Origin: Octopus sinensis
Lineage: Eukaryota
DNA: 64,000 bases
Assembly: GCF_006345805.1 (NCBI RefSeq)
Contig: NC_042999.1
Span: 156,736,001-156,800,000, forward strand
Direction of reading: 5' to 3'
Shown piece by piece: positions 37,660-49,724 of this stretch. Every line of letters begins with the position of its first letter. Within the stretch, counting starts at the first letter, position 1. The notes under the pieces are model-generated. The model did not search any database, was not told the DNA's origin, and saw nothing but the letters and a program-made list of their open reading frames with translations. A program made the translations under genes and the position numbers.

Positions 37660-37937
37660 CTGAAATTATAAATATATATTTTAAGAAATCAAATGAGTGA
37701 ATAAATCTGATATTACATACAGCTGTTATTGTTGTAGTTTCCAGAGGTTGTAATTCTGTAGGAAATAGAAAACACAAAGGATATACTTGTTGTTGAAGTG
37801 ATGGTTTTATTGCACTGGAATTAAGAACCAAGAATATTGGTTCTATGAGTATTTTCTTGAACATGTAATAATAATGTTGGTGTTATGACTTTACAAATAA
37901 TTTCCTTTGGATTGAGATGAGGTGAAATTTTTGAGTT

Positions 37938-38137
37938 GAAAAAAAAAATTGATGGTAAATTTTTTTTTAAATCGTAGACTCATCATAGACGCATGCTAAT
38001 ACCCAGAAGGGCTCGATGTGAATCACAACTATAAGATACCCGGTTTTGGTTAAACTGCACCGCAAAATGTGGGAGTAGTTAGGAATCTAAATCGTAGGAG
38101 ACAGACAGCACACAACCTCACTTTTATATATAAAGAT
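37938..38137 (+). mobile_element. Helitron-like 3' half
   Basis: Matches ~37320-37516. Confidence 0.7.
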
Positions 38138-38341
38138 TTTCTCCCTGATAACAAACTACAGGTTTTTTTCTGTAGTAGTTTACTTGAAGACACACGTGGA
38201 TGGGCAGGGGAAGGTAAATGAACCTCATTCATATTTTGAATTCGGCGGTACTAACACTGAATATGATCTGTCTGATACCGTGGAGAGATAAGTTCAATAT
38301 TCCAGTACCTTCGAATTTAATATTTCAATATTTAATTATTG

Positions 38342-38438
38342 CTGGAGTGCCATGCTGATGAGGAAAATGGTTGGTAAAGTATAATTCTATATTCTTTATT
38401 CCAATCTAATTCTGAAACGCGTGTACATGGGTGACCAG
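38342..38438 (+). ncRNA. Type-I hammerhead ribozyme with intact catalytic core
   Basis: CTGG-AGTG-CCATG / CATGG-GTGA-CCAG stem I; CTGATGA; long stem II; GAAA-CGCGTG-TA; predicted cleavage after 38425. Confidence 0.8.
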
Positions 38439-38634
38439 ATATTGATTGATTTTCGTTACTTTTCCTCTCTGCCTGTGTGCATTGTTTTCAAGTATTTTGG
38501 TTTCTCTGGGAGTCCCTTTTTAAAGTAGAAGAAATAGCTAAGGTGTTTTGCTGCTATTTCTAAACTTCAGTATGTGGTAAAGCAAATCTTTGCTGAACCC
38601 TAATTATTAAGTATATATATATATATATATATAT

Positions 38635-38814
38635 ATATCATCATCATCATCATCATTGTTTACTGTCTGTTCTCCATGTTAGCATGGGTTGGACGGTTCG
38701 ACCGGGGATCTGGGAAGTCAGAAGGCTGCACCAGGCTCCAGTCTTATCTACAGTTGGATGCCCTTCCTAACGCCAACCACTCTGTGAGTGTAGTGGGTGC
38801 TTTTTACGTGCCAC

Positions 38815-38815
<1 letters not shown>
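38635..38815 (-). mobile_element. Family B 3' fragment
   Basis: Reverse-complemented conserved 3' end. Confidence 0.75.
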
Positions 38816-38892
<77 letters not shown>

Positions 38893-39455
38893 CATAATGT
38901 GAAACATATGGAGACTTGAGTTCATAACTTATATCCTATGAAAACTGATGTAGAAATTAGACTTTGTACAAAAGATAAAGGAAAATATGATGTGGGTAAA
39001 AGTATAGAATTCAGAAAGCCATAATATATGGAAAGAGAATTGCAAATAATTTTCTATAAAAGAACTTTCAATCTGGTACTTTATTTGGAGTAAAGTTGCT
39101 TTTGATAGCATTCCTGGTTATGCTACTAGATGTCTTGTATGTCTTAATTAAAGGATATACTTCAGGCAGTTCAAAAAAAAATAATCACAGACAAGTAGGC
39201 AGATCTTTCCTTTTGATTCATAAAAGTTAATTTCAGCTCTTTTCCAATGTTACTCAGTAGTAGCTCCCCTTAGCACTGATCAAAGCTTGCTCTTTATATT
39301 TCAGTTCTGTACCATACCTTCTATCAAGTTGCTTCTGGGCCACCAAGATCATGTGCAGGTAAGAGTATAGCAGTTAAGATGCTCTGGAGTCTTTCACGAA
39401 GACAATTATTGTAACTCAAATGTACATCATTAAATAAAAACATATTATCCATTAC

Positions 39456-39640
39456 AATTGCAGCGTGAAAGGTGTTTGTAAGCCATTTAAGAAACACACA
39501 AAAGCCGTTCGATTCACTTCAACATTTAAGTTTAATTTGTCAAAATATTTTCGTCGCTAAAATCCGCGACCTGTTCACTGACAAAAATCCGTGCTGCATC
39601 TTGATCTCAGATCAAATCACTTGCTATGCGAGTACATCTC
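39456..39640 (-). mobile_element. 185-bp hammerhead-bearing insertion
   Basis: Exact 15-bp direct repeat CATATTATCCATTAC at 39441-39455 and 39641-39655. Confidence 0.7.
39536..39585 (-). ncRNA. Variant hammerhead ribozyme (G3-C8 core)
   Basis: TTTGTCA-GTGAACA-G-GTCGC GGATTTTA GCGAC-GAA-AATATT-T-TGACAAA. Confidence 0.7.
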
Positions 39641-40164
39641 CATATTATCCATTACTACCTATAAAGTGGCCAATCTTTCTAGCAGTAGTGATAAACTACA
39701 CCAGCTTCCTATGCATCACCAACTTCTGATAAGTTTCCTCCTGAATCTCATATAATATCAATTGTTTTCTAGTGAAATTAATTATGTCACCAATGAAATG
39801 AGCACATATGCTGTCATCTGGTGCTCAGTTTAGGCAAGCATTTCATTAATTTACATGCAAAGTGAAAGAAGCATCAGAAGTCAAAAATATTTTGAGAGGT
39901 GGGTATGGACTGATTTCTTTCGATGTGCCATGCTCTACCATTGGTAAGTTCAAAGTAAACATTTTTTCTAAGAATTTTGTATTTCTTCTTTGATAGTTTC
40001 TTACTTTTGAAAATATTACAATATAAATGGCGGTGCCCCAGCATGGCCACAGCTCTTGAGCTGAAACTAGATAAAATAAAAATAAATAATAATTAAAATA
40101 TTTAATCATTTCTGTGCTCATTAATCTTTGTTCTGTGCGGCTTCATAAGTATTAATTAATATAA

Positions 40165-40425
40165 GGTGGAGACACATGGCTTAACGGTTAGGGTGTTATG
40201 CTCATGATTGCAAGATTGTGATTTTGATTCCAGGACTGAATGATGCATTGGGTTTTTGAGCTAAACACTTCATTTCATATTACTCAGTTCCACTCAGCTG
40301 ACAAGAATAAATAATCCTGTGATAGACAGGCATCCTATTAGTGGGCAGGGGATATATATGCCACAGAACCTGGGAAACTGGCCTTATGAGCCTATGACTC
40401 AGAAAGGACCTTTGATACTTACTTT
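40165..40425 (+). mobile_element. Degenerate SINE family C (subtype 1-like)
   Basis: GGTGGAGACACATGGC head; tail resembles the 5452 copy. Confidence 0.55.
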
Positions 40426-41237
40426 TTTTCTCTGTATTGATATAAGGGAGCTGAATTGAATTTAAATGAAGAAGTACAAGTGTTAGTTAATTAAATGACA
40501 ATATAGAGAATTAAAACAGATATGTAAGTAAAATTACTGAAAGGTAATTTGTTATGAATGCTTAACTGAAATTTTGATTTGAATAGTAGATAGAATGACA
40601 TACATCATATTTCAGGATAGACTGTAAGTAGCAAAGTGCAAACAATTTTTACTTCATATTTGTTGGTCTTGTAGCTCACTTGGTAATGATAAACATGATT
40701 GTATAATTTGGTGAATAACGTACTTGAAGATAAATCATCAATACACTTGTAGATGAGTAACTATTTTCCGCTGAGAAGTTTACTGCACAGGTAGATAGCT
40801 TTATTATAACACTTCTCTTCATAATAGTCCTTGAACCCATTCCAAAGTAAATCTGGACTGAAAAAGAATTTCTCTCTCAGGAATCCTAAGATAATTATTG
40901 TGAGAATGAGTTCAACTTAAACATTCCTAATGTAGGTAGCCTTAATGTGACCCATTCAAATGCTCAACAATAAAATGAAGCAGTAGAATAGTAATGTTAG
41001 TACACAAGGAAATGGTTGATATTGTGTAGAGAGAGAGAGCAATCAATAGGTGACATCAGTTAGTCATGCAGACTATAGGAAGTGTATATGGAGGAGGGGG
41101 AGGATGAAGAACGTTTTCTAAAATGTTTATGAAGTCCATAGTTGACGCAGATGTGGTATAGTTAGATATTAGATTATAAAGAATGCAATAGCAAATTGAC
41201 TAGGATGAAATCCACTTTGTTAACAACAGAAAGGACA

Positions 41238-41715
41238 TCATCATCATCGTTTAACGTCCGCTTTTCATGCTAGCATGGGTTGGATGGTTTGACTGTGGGC
41301 TGGCGAACCAGATGGCTGCACCAAGCTCCAGTCTTGATCTGGCAGAGTTTCTACATCTGGATGCCCTTCCTAACGCCAACCACTCCGAGAGCGTATTGGG
41401 TGCTTTTACGTACCACTGGCACGGGGGCCAGTCAGGCGGTACTGGCAACGACCTCACTTGAATTTTTACATATGGGCCAGTCAGGCAGTACTGGTGACAA
41501 CCTCGCTTGAATTTTTTTGGCCAGACAGTGGTACTGGCAACGACCTCACTCGAATTTTTTACACATGCCAACGGCACAGGTGCCGGTAAGGCTATGCTGG
41601 TAACAATCCTGCTCGAATGGTGCCTCCTACATGCCACCAGCACGGGAGCCAGTTAGCCGCTCTGGCAACGATCACGCTCAGATGGTGCTCTTAGCACCCT
41701 ACTAGCACGGGGCAC
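41238..41715 (-). mobile_element. Family B retroposon
   Basis: About five modules plus 3' end. Confidence 0.8.
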
Positions 41716-42189
41716 ATATATATGACATATTTATTAGAAGTGGAACTTTGTGAAATAAGAAAGAAAACAATGATTCAGAATAGCAGCAACAATTAGGTAA
41801 GACTAAACAGCCAAGATTGATATTTCATATATATGAGAACATGAAAGTAGTTATTAAAATGACTATGAATTAGAAACAGTTACGACATGCAAGAACAATT
41901 GCAGATTATGACGAGTTTTGTGAAAAACATTACAAAGTATAAAATAAGCACAGGTTTAATATTAGGAAGTTATAGATAAAATGACACAACATTAGAACCT
42001 ATTATATGCAAATTCATATGACACACTCCTGTTTAAAACCAGACGCTAAACATATTATATTGCAATTGAAAGGAAATGCTTCTGATTATCATCAAGTCAA
42101 GCCAATGTACTATAAATGATTTCTAGATGAACTGATTTTAGTATCAAAACTCATAAACTAATACAATTAACTTAGCAGGTTCTGCATTG

Positions 42190-42432
42190 TTTGTTTTTAT
42201 ACTCTTTACTCTCTTTTACTCTTTTACTTGTTTCAGTCATTTGACCCCGGGACTTATTCTTTGTAAGCCCAGTACTTATTCTATCGGTCTCTTTTGCCAA
42301 ACCGCTAAGAAACGGGGACATAAACACACCAGCATCGGTTGTCAAGCAATGCTAGGGGGACAAACACAAACACACAAACACACACACGCATATATATATA
42401 CATATATACGACGGGCTTCTTTCAGTTTCCAT
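42190..42432 (-). mobile_element. SINE family A 3' half
   Basis: Reverse-complemented tail. Confidence 0.75.
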
Positions 42433-42685
42433 TAAGCAAACCTAGGTAGTCATCTAGGGCACAAAATCCTTGAAGTACATGACTAAATGGATTAGAAATA
42501 GTCATTAGACAAGGAACATTGCAATATAAATTTTTCATTCCAAATATCTATTTCATTGAATGCATCCACTATTCAATGATCTTTGATAATTCAATAGTGT
42601 TTACATTGTCAAACATTGCTATCCATTTTAAAGTAACAATGTAAGTTCTGGATATAATCCTTAAATTAGTTTAAAAGAGACATAC

Positions 42686-42713
42686 ACTGTCAGCAGCCAT
42701 GCTTGATGTAATA
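42686..42713 (-). CDS. Putative start-codon exon (ATG 42700-42698; MAADS)
   Basis: Acceptor CCCTTGCATTTTCCTCTAG, donor AGT|GTATGT; AAGCATGG Kozak context; ends in phase 0, in frame with exon 37659. Confidence 0.45.
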
Positions 42714-43130
42714 CTAGAGGAAAATGCAAGGGACATAACTATTTTAAGACATCAACAGCTCTTCTAACACAATGGGTTTTGTATTTTTCTTTTGGTTGTT
42801 CCCTTGAAGAAGTGTTTTATCAAATAGTATATCCTATACTTGGCAGATAGGTAAAGAATAAAGTTTTGATCATGAATGAATTAGGGGATTACAATTGTGT
42901 TGCTTTACATGAAAATGTATAGAAACTATTCACTTTTATTGCTTGTGAAAGAAACAGGTACTTAAAATAGTGATGACACTGTTGTTTTCTTTTGATGTTA
43001 TTATTAAGAAATAGGATTTCTAGGATATTAATCCACTTCTTTTCAGGATGTTAAATGTAAAACATTTGTTTGGTTTCATTTAGAAGTGCATGGCAAAAAG
43101 AGAAAAAGTAATAGGTGGAACAACAAAAAA

Positions 43131-43546
43131 GGATCTTTTCGGTTTGAACGGCAGTTTTTTCTGGCGGTGTCATATGAAATTGTCATCCATAATTATGACC
43201 CTAGTATCGATCTATTGCATTTCAATCTGTTTTAGGGTTAGGGTTAGGGGTGGGGGGAAGGGTATCTTTTTTCTTCACAAATGTAAATAAACCCAATCTG
43301 TTTCTTAAACGAGGGACATATTCATATGGCACAGAATGTTTTTTACCTCAATAGACGTCAGTCATTGGTTGAAATTACAGAAATTGAAGAAAAAAAACAA
43401 CAAATATCTTACAAACTATAGAATTTTCTCAATAAAGCCAAGAGAAAAGGATGTTTTATAAACACATTCTACCAGTATACAAAGTTTAAAATTTTTTAGT
43501 TACCTAGAAATTATGTTATAAACTGCCATTCAAACCGAAAAGATCC
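43131..43546. mobile_element. MITE with ~27-bp TIRs and an internal TTAGGG tract
   Basis: GGATCTTTTCGGTTTGAACGGCAGTTT / AACTGCCATTCAAACCGAAAAGATCC; no clear TSD. Confidence 0.75.
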
Positions 43547-43729
43547 ATAAGAAATAAAAAGTTAAGATAAAGAAAAAAAAGGAAGAAACAGTGTATGAGA
43601 ATAAAACATAGACTGGGCATTAAAAAAATAAAAAAACAACCAGCACAGGGCGAAATTTGGAGAATTTTCATCATAAGGAAGATAGTAAAGAAATTTATAA
43701 GGCAGTTGCATATCAAGAACTTGTAACAG

Positions 43730-43891
43730 GTGTAGGAGTGGCTGTGTGGTATGTAGCTTGCTTACCAACCACATGGTTCCGGGTACAGTCCTACTGCATG
43801 ACACCTTGGGTAAGTGTCTCCTACTATAGCCTTGGGCCAACCAAAGCCTTGTGAGTGGATTTGGTAGACGGAAACTGAAAGAAGCTCGTCG

Positions 43892-43926
<35 letters not shown>

Positions 43927-44140
43927 TTGTGTGTCTGTGTTTGTCCTCCCAACATCGCTTGACAACCGATGCTGGTGTGTTTACATCCCCGTAACCTAGC
44001 GGTTCGGCAAAAGAGGCTGATAGAATAAGTACTAGGCTTACAAAGAATAACTTCTGGGGTCGATTTGCTCGACTAAAGGTGGTGCTCCAGCATGGCCGCA
44101 GTCAAATGACTGACACAAGTAAAAGAGTAAAAAAAAAAAG
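43730..44140 (+). mobile_element. SINE family A
   Basis: Complete unit. Confidence 0.85.
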
Positions 44141-44999
44141 AGTAAACAGATAACTTTTAATTTGCATTAGATGCTACTAAATTGATGAAATAAATGAAAC
44201 CAACTTAATGTTTCAACAAATTGAGAACATTTTGTTTAATGATCAGGCTATGATCATATGAAAGATATATACAGTACTATTTAGTGAAAAATACACTGTT
44301 TATAAAATTGATCCTGCATAACTGGAAAGGTGAGAAATTTAAAATTCTATCTTGAGTGGTTAATAATAGCCTTTATGAATTTCACATACGCTACTGTATA
44401 TTCTGAATAGAAATCTTAAAGTAGATTTCCGATAGAATTATATGTCTTAGTTAAAATAGTTAAAATAGAATGAAAAGTTGTTCCACTCAAGAAAGTTAAG
44501 TATAGCCGTAGTTAAATTAGCTCTTTATCTATTTGGATGGAAACTGATTTTATATTTATAAGGAATCTTTCATTCTTCACATTCTAAAGAATGAAAGTTT
44601 CTTTATTTCACATTTTCACATGAAAATCGTTCATATTTTATAACTAAAAGTTTTCCTATTTTAGTAGGGCAGGGTATGAAATGTTCAATTAAACTATCTA
44701 ATTTTCTCAGATATTGTTGTATACATGTTTGGCAACTTATATGAGCTGTAAAAGATGTATTTTGATATATTCAAACAGGTATTTATTAAACACATATTAT
44801 TCAATCCTTTATTTATTTATTTTTTTAATAGTATTACACCTTTGAAAATTATTTGTCAGACTTTAAATGTTCTCAACATTAAAAGAAAAATTTTTTTCAA
44901 ATAACTTAGTTTCCATTTGACATGAGATGCCATTCATAGGTTCCTGTTTGACAGCTGAAGTAGTCAATCATGTCAACTATAGACTTAAAGCTAATAGAA

Positions 45000-45342
45000 G
45001 ATCGTTACCTTGTCGCCTTACTGGCACTTGTGCTGGTGGCACGTGAAACATTCGAGCGAGGACGTCGCCAGTGCCGCTGGACTGGCTCCTGTGCAGGTGG
45101 CACGTAAAAAGCACCTTTTGGACGTGGCTGTTGCCAGTACCACCAAACTGGCCCTCGTGGCGGTGGTACGTAAAAGCACCCACTACACTCTCGGAGTGAT
45201 TGGCATTAGGAAGGGCATCCAGCTGTAGAAACTCTGCCAGATCAGATTGGAGTCTGGTTCGCCAGACCTCAGTCAAATCGTCCAACCTATGCTAGCATGG
45301 AAAGTGGACGTTAACTGATGATGATGATAATGATGATGATGA
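45000..45342 (+). mobile_element. Family B retroposon
   Basis: Three modules plus 3' end and (GAT)n. Confidence 0.8.
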
Positions 45343-45979
45343 AGTGAGCTTGTGTTATGAAGAATAACATTGGGGGTGGAGTGGGGGAGCAAGTGGAGGT
45401 CCTATGCTTGATTGAACAAAGGATGGAGAAGCAGCTGACTAAGAAGTTACTTAGATTTTTGTCTGTTTGAAGTTTGAAGGGGAAGATTGAAAGAGTGGTT
45501 ACGGTGTTTGTTTGTAGAAAGTGTTAGCTACAGAAATCTCGCAAATTTTTCTGTGAGATAACATCACACTTGAAACATATCGAAAATGCAAATAAAATTA
45601 TGCCAGATACAAATTGTTTGCATATGGTACAAGACTAACACTAATTACAACACGAAGAAGAAGAAAACAGAAAACTTATAACACAGAGAACATATGGCTG
45701 TTCCTAAGTGTCAAGAAATTGAAAGTTCAGCCAAAGAAATACGTCCCTAGCAAGTTGATAGATGACAACAGTTGTAGAACATTTCAGTGGTTAGCAAAAA
45801 ATGGAAGGAAAAGTTAGCAAGGAGCAGTATTAATAAGATGGATATGAGGCAAAGCATCAGGGGTGTCAAAGTAGGAGATAAGCACAGTAGTGTTCTGCTC
45901 ATAAACATAAGACACATGAAATGTTCTGAATTGTAAAGCAGTATATTGGTATGAATCAGGATGTCCTTGTGGGGAAATA

Positions 45980-46181
45980 CAGGGGCCGGACAACATAATG
46001 GAAACACCTTAAAATTTCAAACAAATTTTTTTTATATGGGGTAGGACTACCTTTGGCAGTAATTACAGCTTGAATTCTATGAGGTATGGATTCGTACAAA
46101 CTTTAAATTGTTTCCAAAGTAATTTTTGTCCATTCTTTAGCTAAAACAGTCTCTAGTTGTTGTGATGATGGTGGAGGATAT
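45980..46181 (-). mobile_element. Terminal fragment of the Tc1 family at 55741
   Basis: TA-CAGGGG..ATAATGGAAACAC TIR and 200 bp matching 55741-55950. Confidence 0.7.
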
Positions 46182-46334
46182 CCTAAAACTTAAGATATGA
46201 TAAAATGAATAATGGGTAAATATATATATACTACATTCAGTATATCCGATCCATGCTAGCATGAAAAGTGGATGTAAAAGAACAATGATGAGGATGATGA
46301 TGATATAAAGGAATAATATAATAGAAAAATTATG

Positions 46335-46516
46335 GAGTAGGAGTGGCTGTGTGGTAAGTAACTTGCTAACCAACTACATGGTTCCAGGTTCAGTCCCACT
46401 GTGTGGCACCTTGGGCAAGTGTCTTCTACTATAGCCTCGGGCCGACCAATGCCTTGTGAGTGGATATGGTAGACGGAAACTGAAAGAAGCCCGTCGTATA
46501 TATGTATATATATATA

Positions 46517-46558
<42 letters not shown>

Positions 46559-46795
46559 TGTGTGTGTGTGTGTGTGTGTGTTTGTGTGTCTGTGTTTGTC
46601 CCCCTAGCATTGCCTGACAACCGATGCTGGTGTGTTTACGTCCCCGTCACTTAGCGGTTCGGCAAAAGAGACTGATAGAATAAGTACTGGGCTTAAAAAG
46701 AATAAGTCCCAGGGTCGATTTGCTCGACTAAAGGTGGTGCTCCAGCATTGCTGCAGGGTATGAAACAAGTAAAAGAGTAAAAGAGTAAAAGAGTA
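46335..46795 (+). mobile_element. SINE family A
   Basis: Complete unit. Confidence 0.85.
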
Positions 46796-47508
46796 TGCCA
46801 TAGAATGAAATAGCATCTAAAAAGGATTTCAGTTTATGGTTGAAGCTATTTCATCCTACTTGAACTGTGAACAAGCTTTGGTTTCAGTCAAAAGAATCAA
46901 TGTATTAGCGAAAGTAAAAATGAAGTCACCAAAGTGTTACATAAAAGGAATTCATACAAAAGTGATTTTCAATTAAATTCCAAAGATGCGAATGGGAACA
47001 ATTTGATTAAATGGATACTAATTCTAATGGGAATAAGGTTTTAGACATAGATACATTACAACTTTATGGTTCACTGAATAATTCTATTTTGTGAAATCTT
47101 GAAATATTATATGTTAGTGTTGCATTACTTATTTTGCCAACTATTTCAGTCAAATCATGCCATTGATATTATATTCCAGGTCATTCTTTTTAGTGACATT
47201 TGACCCATAGCTTCCTGAACTCATCATCGAATGTTTGGTATCTCATGTGTATTAGCGTATCTTATCTGATGTACTCTCATGTATTTAATTGAATATATTG
47301 AATAGATTACAAACCACAAAAATAGTACATTCTTTGTTTGGCATACTTAGTAACAGTTACACATTTAATACCTTTCACACCCATTTTATTCAGAATAAAT
47401 CTTGTAAAAAAAATGAAGTATAAAAAGTATATTTTAGTAGTATACATGCTCCACAGCTGTGCTGAATCATTTGACAATTTAATGTCTAAGTATTATATCA
47501 GTCTTTAA

Positions 47509-47727
47509 CCCTTTAGTATTTAAACCGGCCAGATCTGGCCAAAATAGTTAATCTGTTTTATGTTCAAACTGACCAGATCCAAGCTCTCACACCTACCCTA
47601 CAATGTTATTCTACATTAAGTAATTACACCATCAAGATCTTGAAGATATGAGATAATGCATGATTAATTCAAATTAATGGGAATCAATAGGCATTATGTT
47701 TGATTGAATAATCTGAACACTAAAGGG
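47509..47727. mobile_element. Second piggyBac-type MITE family
   Basis: TIR CCCTTTAGT/ACTAAAGGG; TTAA at 47505-47508 and 47728-47731. Confidence 0.75.
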
Positions 47728-47939
47728 TTAAATATAAAGTCAGTCTATAATTTTTCACTAAATATTTTTCCATTAAGAAGAAGACAAATAAGTACAAAAC
47801 AATGAACTAGAAATTGTGTGCCATTACTTCATAACCATTTGCTAAATATTTTTGGAGATAATTCAAATTTTTATGTGATATACTCTGAACTTAGCAAGGC
47901 TATCAATAAGGTAAGACAAAATGTTTTGCTGAAAAAATC

Positions 47940-48240
47940 TTGATAACAGATGAGTGACTTTGTTGATACAGCCACTCACTTATATGAACATAATGGATAA
48001 CACCATGATGGCTATTCCAGTGTGCATAAAGGCACCAGCTGTGGTGTGCAATATGGAGAGGAATAAAAGCTTCTGGAGTTCTGCAATGCAAATAACCAAA
48101 CCATTTACAAAACTAACTTCAGGATACCAACCAGTCAGCCAACTATACAGCCACCTACCATTCAGGTGAACAGGTAAATAAGTTAGATTTCCTACTCGGA
48201 AACAGAGTAGAAATGCAGTTGTCAACAGTAAGTTTTTTTC
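47940..48240 (+). mobile_element. RTE LINE apurinic endonuclease remnant
   Basis: KLLEFCNAN..TIYKTNFRIP...TYHSG....LDFLL pattern. Confidence 0.55.
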
Positions 48241-48269
48241 TCACTGAAGAATGTATTATTCAGTACATA

Positions 48270-48700
48270 TCAAAAGCAAAATCAAAATCGATGACTGGCG
48301 TCCATGCTAGCAAGGTGCAAAGAGCACCATACGAGCGTGATCGTTGCCAGAGCAGCCAACTGGCTTCTGTGCCAGTGGCACATAAAAGAGCACCATTCGA
48401 GCATGATCATTACCAAAGTCGCCTTACTGGCACCTGTGCTGGTGGCATGTGTAAAAGGATTCGAGTGAGGTCATTGCCAGTACCGCCTGACTGGCCCTCG
48501 TGCCGGTGGCACGTAAAAAGCACCCGCTACACTCTCAAAGTGGTTGGCATTAGGAAGGGCATCCAGCTGTAGAAACTCTGTCAAATCAAGATTGGAGCCT
48601 GGTGCAGCCATCTGGTTCACCAGCCCTCAGTCAAAATCATCCAACCCATGCTAGCATGGAAAGCGGACGTTAAACGATGATGATGATGATGATGATGATA
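48270..48700 (+). mobile_element. Family B retroposon
   Basis: Four modules plus 3' end and (GAT)n. Confidence 0.85.
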
Positions 48701-49724
48701 TATCAGCATGAGTTAGACATAGAGACAAAGGTAATGTGGAGAAGAAGGGTATGGAAACTGAAAGACCCCTCAATTAGACACAGATTCAAAGAAGTACATG
48801 GTAACATATATGTTAAGACAGATGAGAAGACAGATACCTATATATAGAAGACAACTGGACATTTCAAGAGAATCTGCTGTTAATAACAAATAAGATCTTT
48901 GCATGGAGCAAGGTTCTAACTTGGACAACATCGTTTCTCAGATCACACATTGCAAACAAATCCACAGGCCTACACAGCTATCATCACAACAACCAATTTG
49001 TAAGGTCAAACTCTACCCCAGTGGTTTTCAACCAGGGTTCCGCGGAACCTTAGGGTTCCACCACTACAGTCCAGGGGTTCCGCAAGAAGTTACAAAACTG
49101 CTAAAATCAGCAGTAATTTTTAATTCTCCTGTGCAGATATGAGTGCATAAAACTATTAAATTATTGCACAGGGGTTCCTCGAGCCAGTGGAATGTTTCCT
49201 TGGGGTTTTGCTCCAGCAAAAAGTTTGAAAAGCACTGCTCTACCCACATACTTATACAAGACATCCATCTTACCAAAGTTGTCTTTTCAAGTATCTATGG
49301 ACAGCTGCGAGTCACATGGGACTCACTGCAAACACTTTCATAAGCTGTCACCATAAGCTTTTGCATTTGTTTAGATCAACGAACAAAAAATTTGAATGCT
49401 CTCCATTGACATGGACTGTTGTTAATAAATGAGCTCTATTTTTCAATGAATTGTGAGATTTTGTTTAATTTGAAAGTTTCGCATTTTAAGGGAGCCAAGT
49501 TACTAGACTACGACTATGCTGGGGCACCAGCCTGAAGGGTTTAGTCAAACACATCAACCCCAGTATTACTTTTTTAAGTCTGATATTCATTCTATTCATT
49601 TCTTCTGGTAAACTGCCAAGTTACAGAGACGTAAACAAACCAACACTTGTTATCGAGAGGACAGGGTTGTTATCGAGAGGACAGACTTGTTATCGAGAGG
49701 ACACAAAGCACAAAGACAGGCAGA

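Noticed and set aside
39305-39358. Plus-strand AG...GTAAG exon-like segment (also ~39870-39946)
   Set aside because: No recognisable protein and no chain of compatible plus-strand exons; such sites arise by chance in AT-rich DNA.
40670-40857. Minus-strand exon candidate (acceptor TTCTTTTTCAG)
   Set aside because: Neither possible donor gives a phase compatible with exon 37659; no recognisable motif.
49647-49703. Three copies of a 20-bp unit TTGTTATCGAGAGGACAG
   Set aside because: Local slippage inside a decayed SINE A fragment; no further significance visible.
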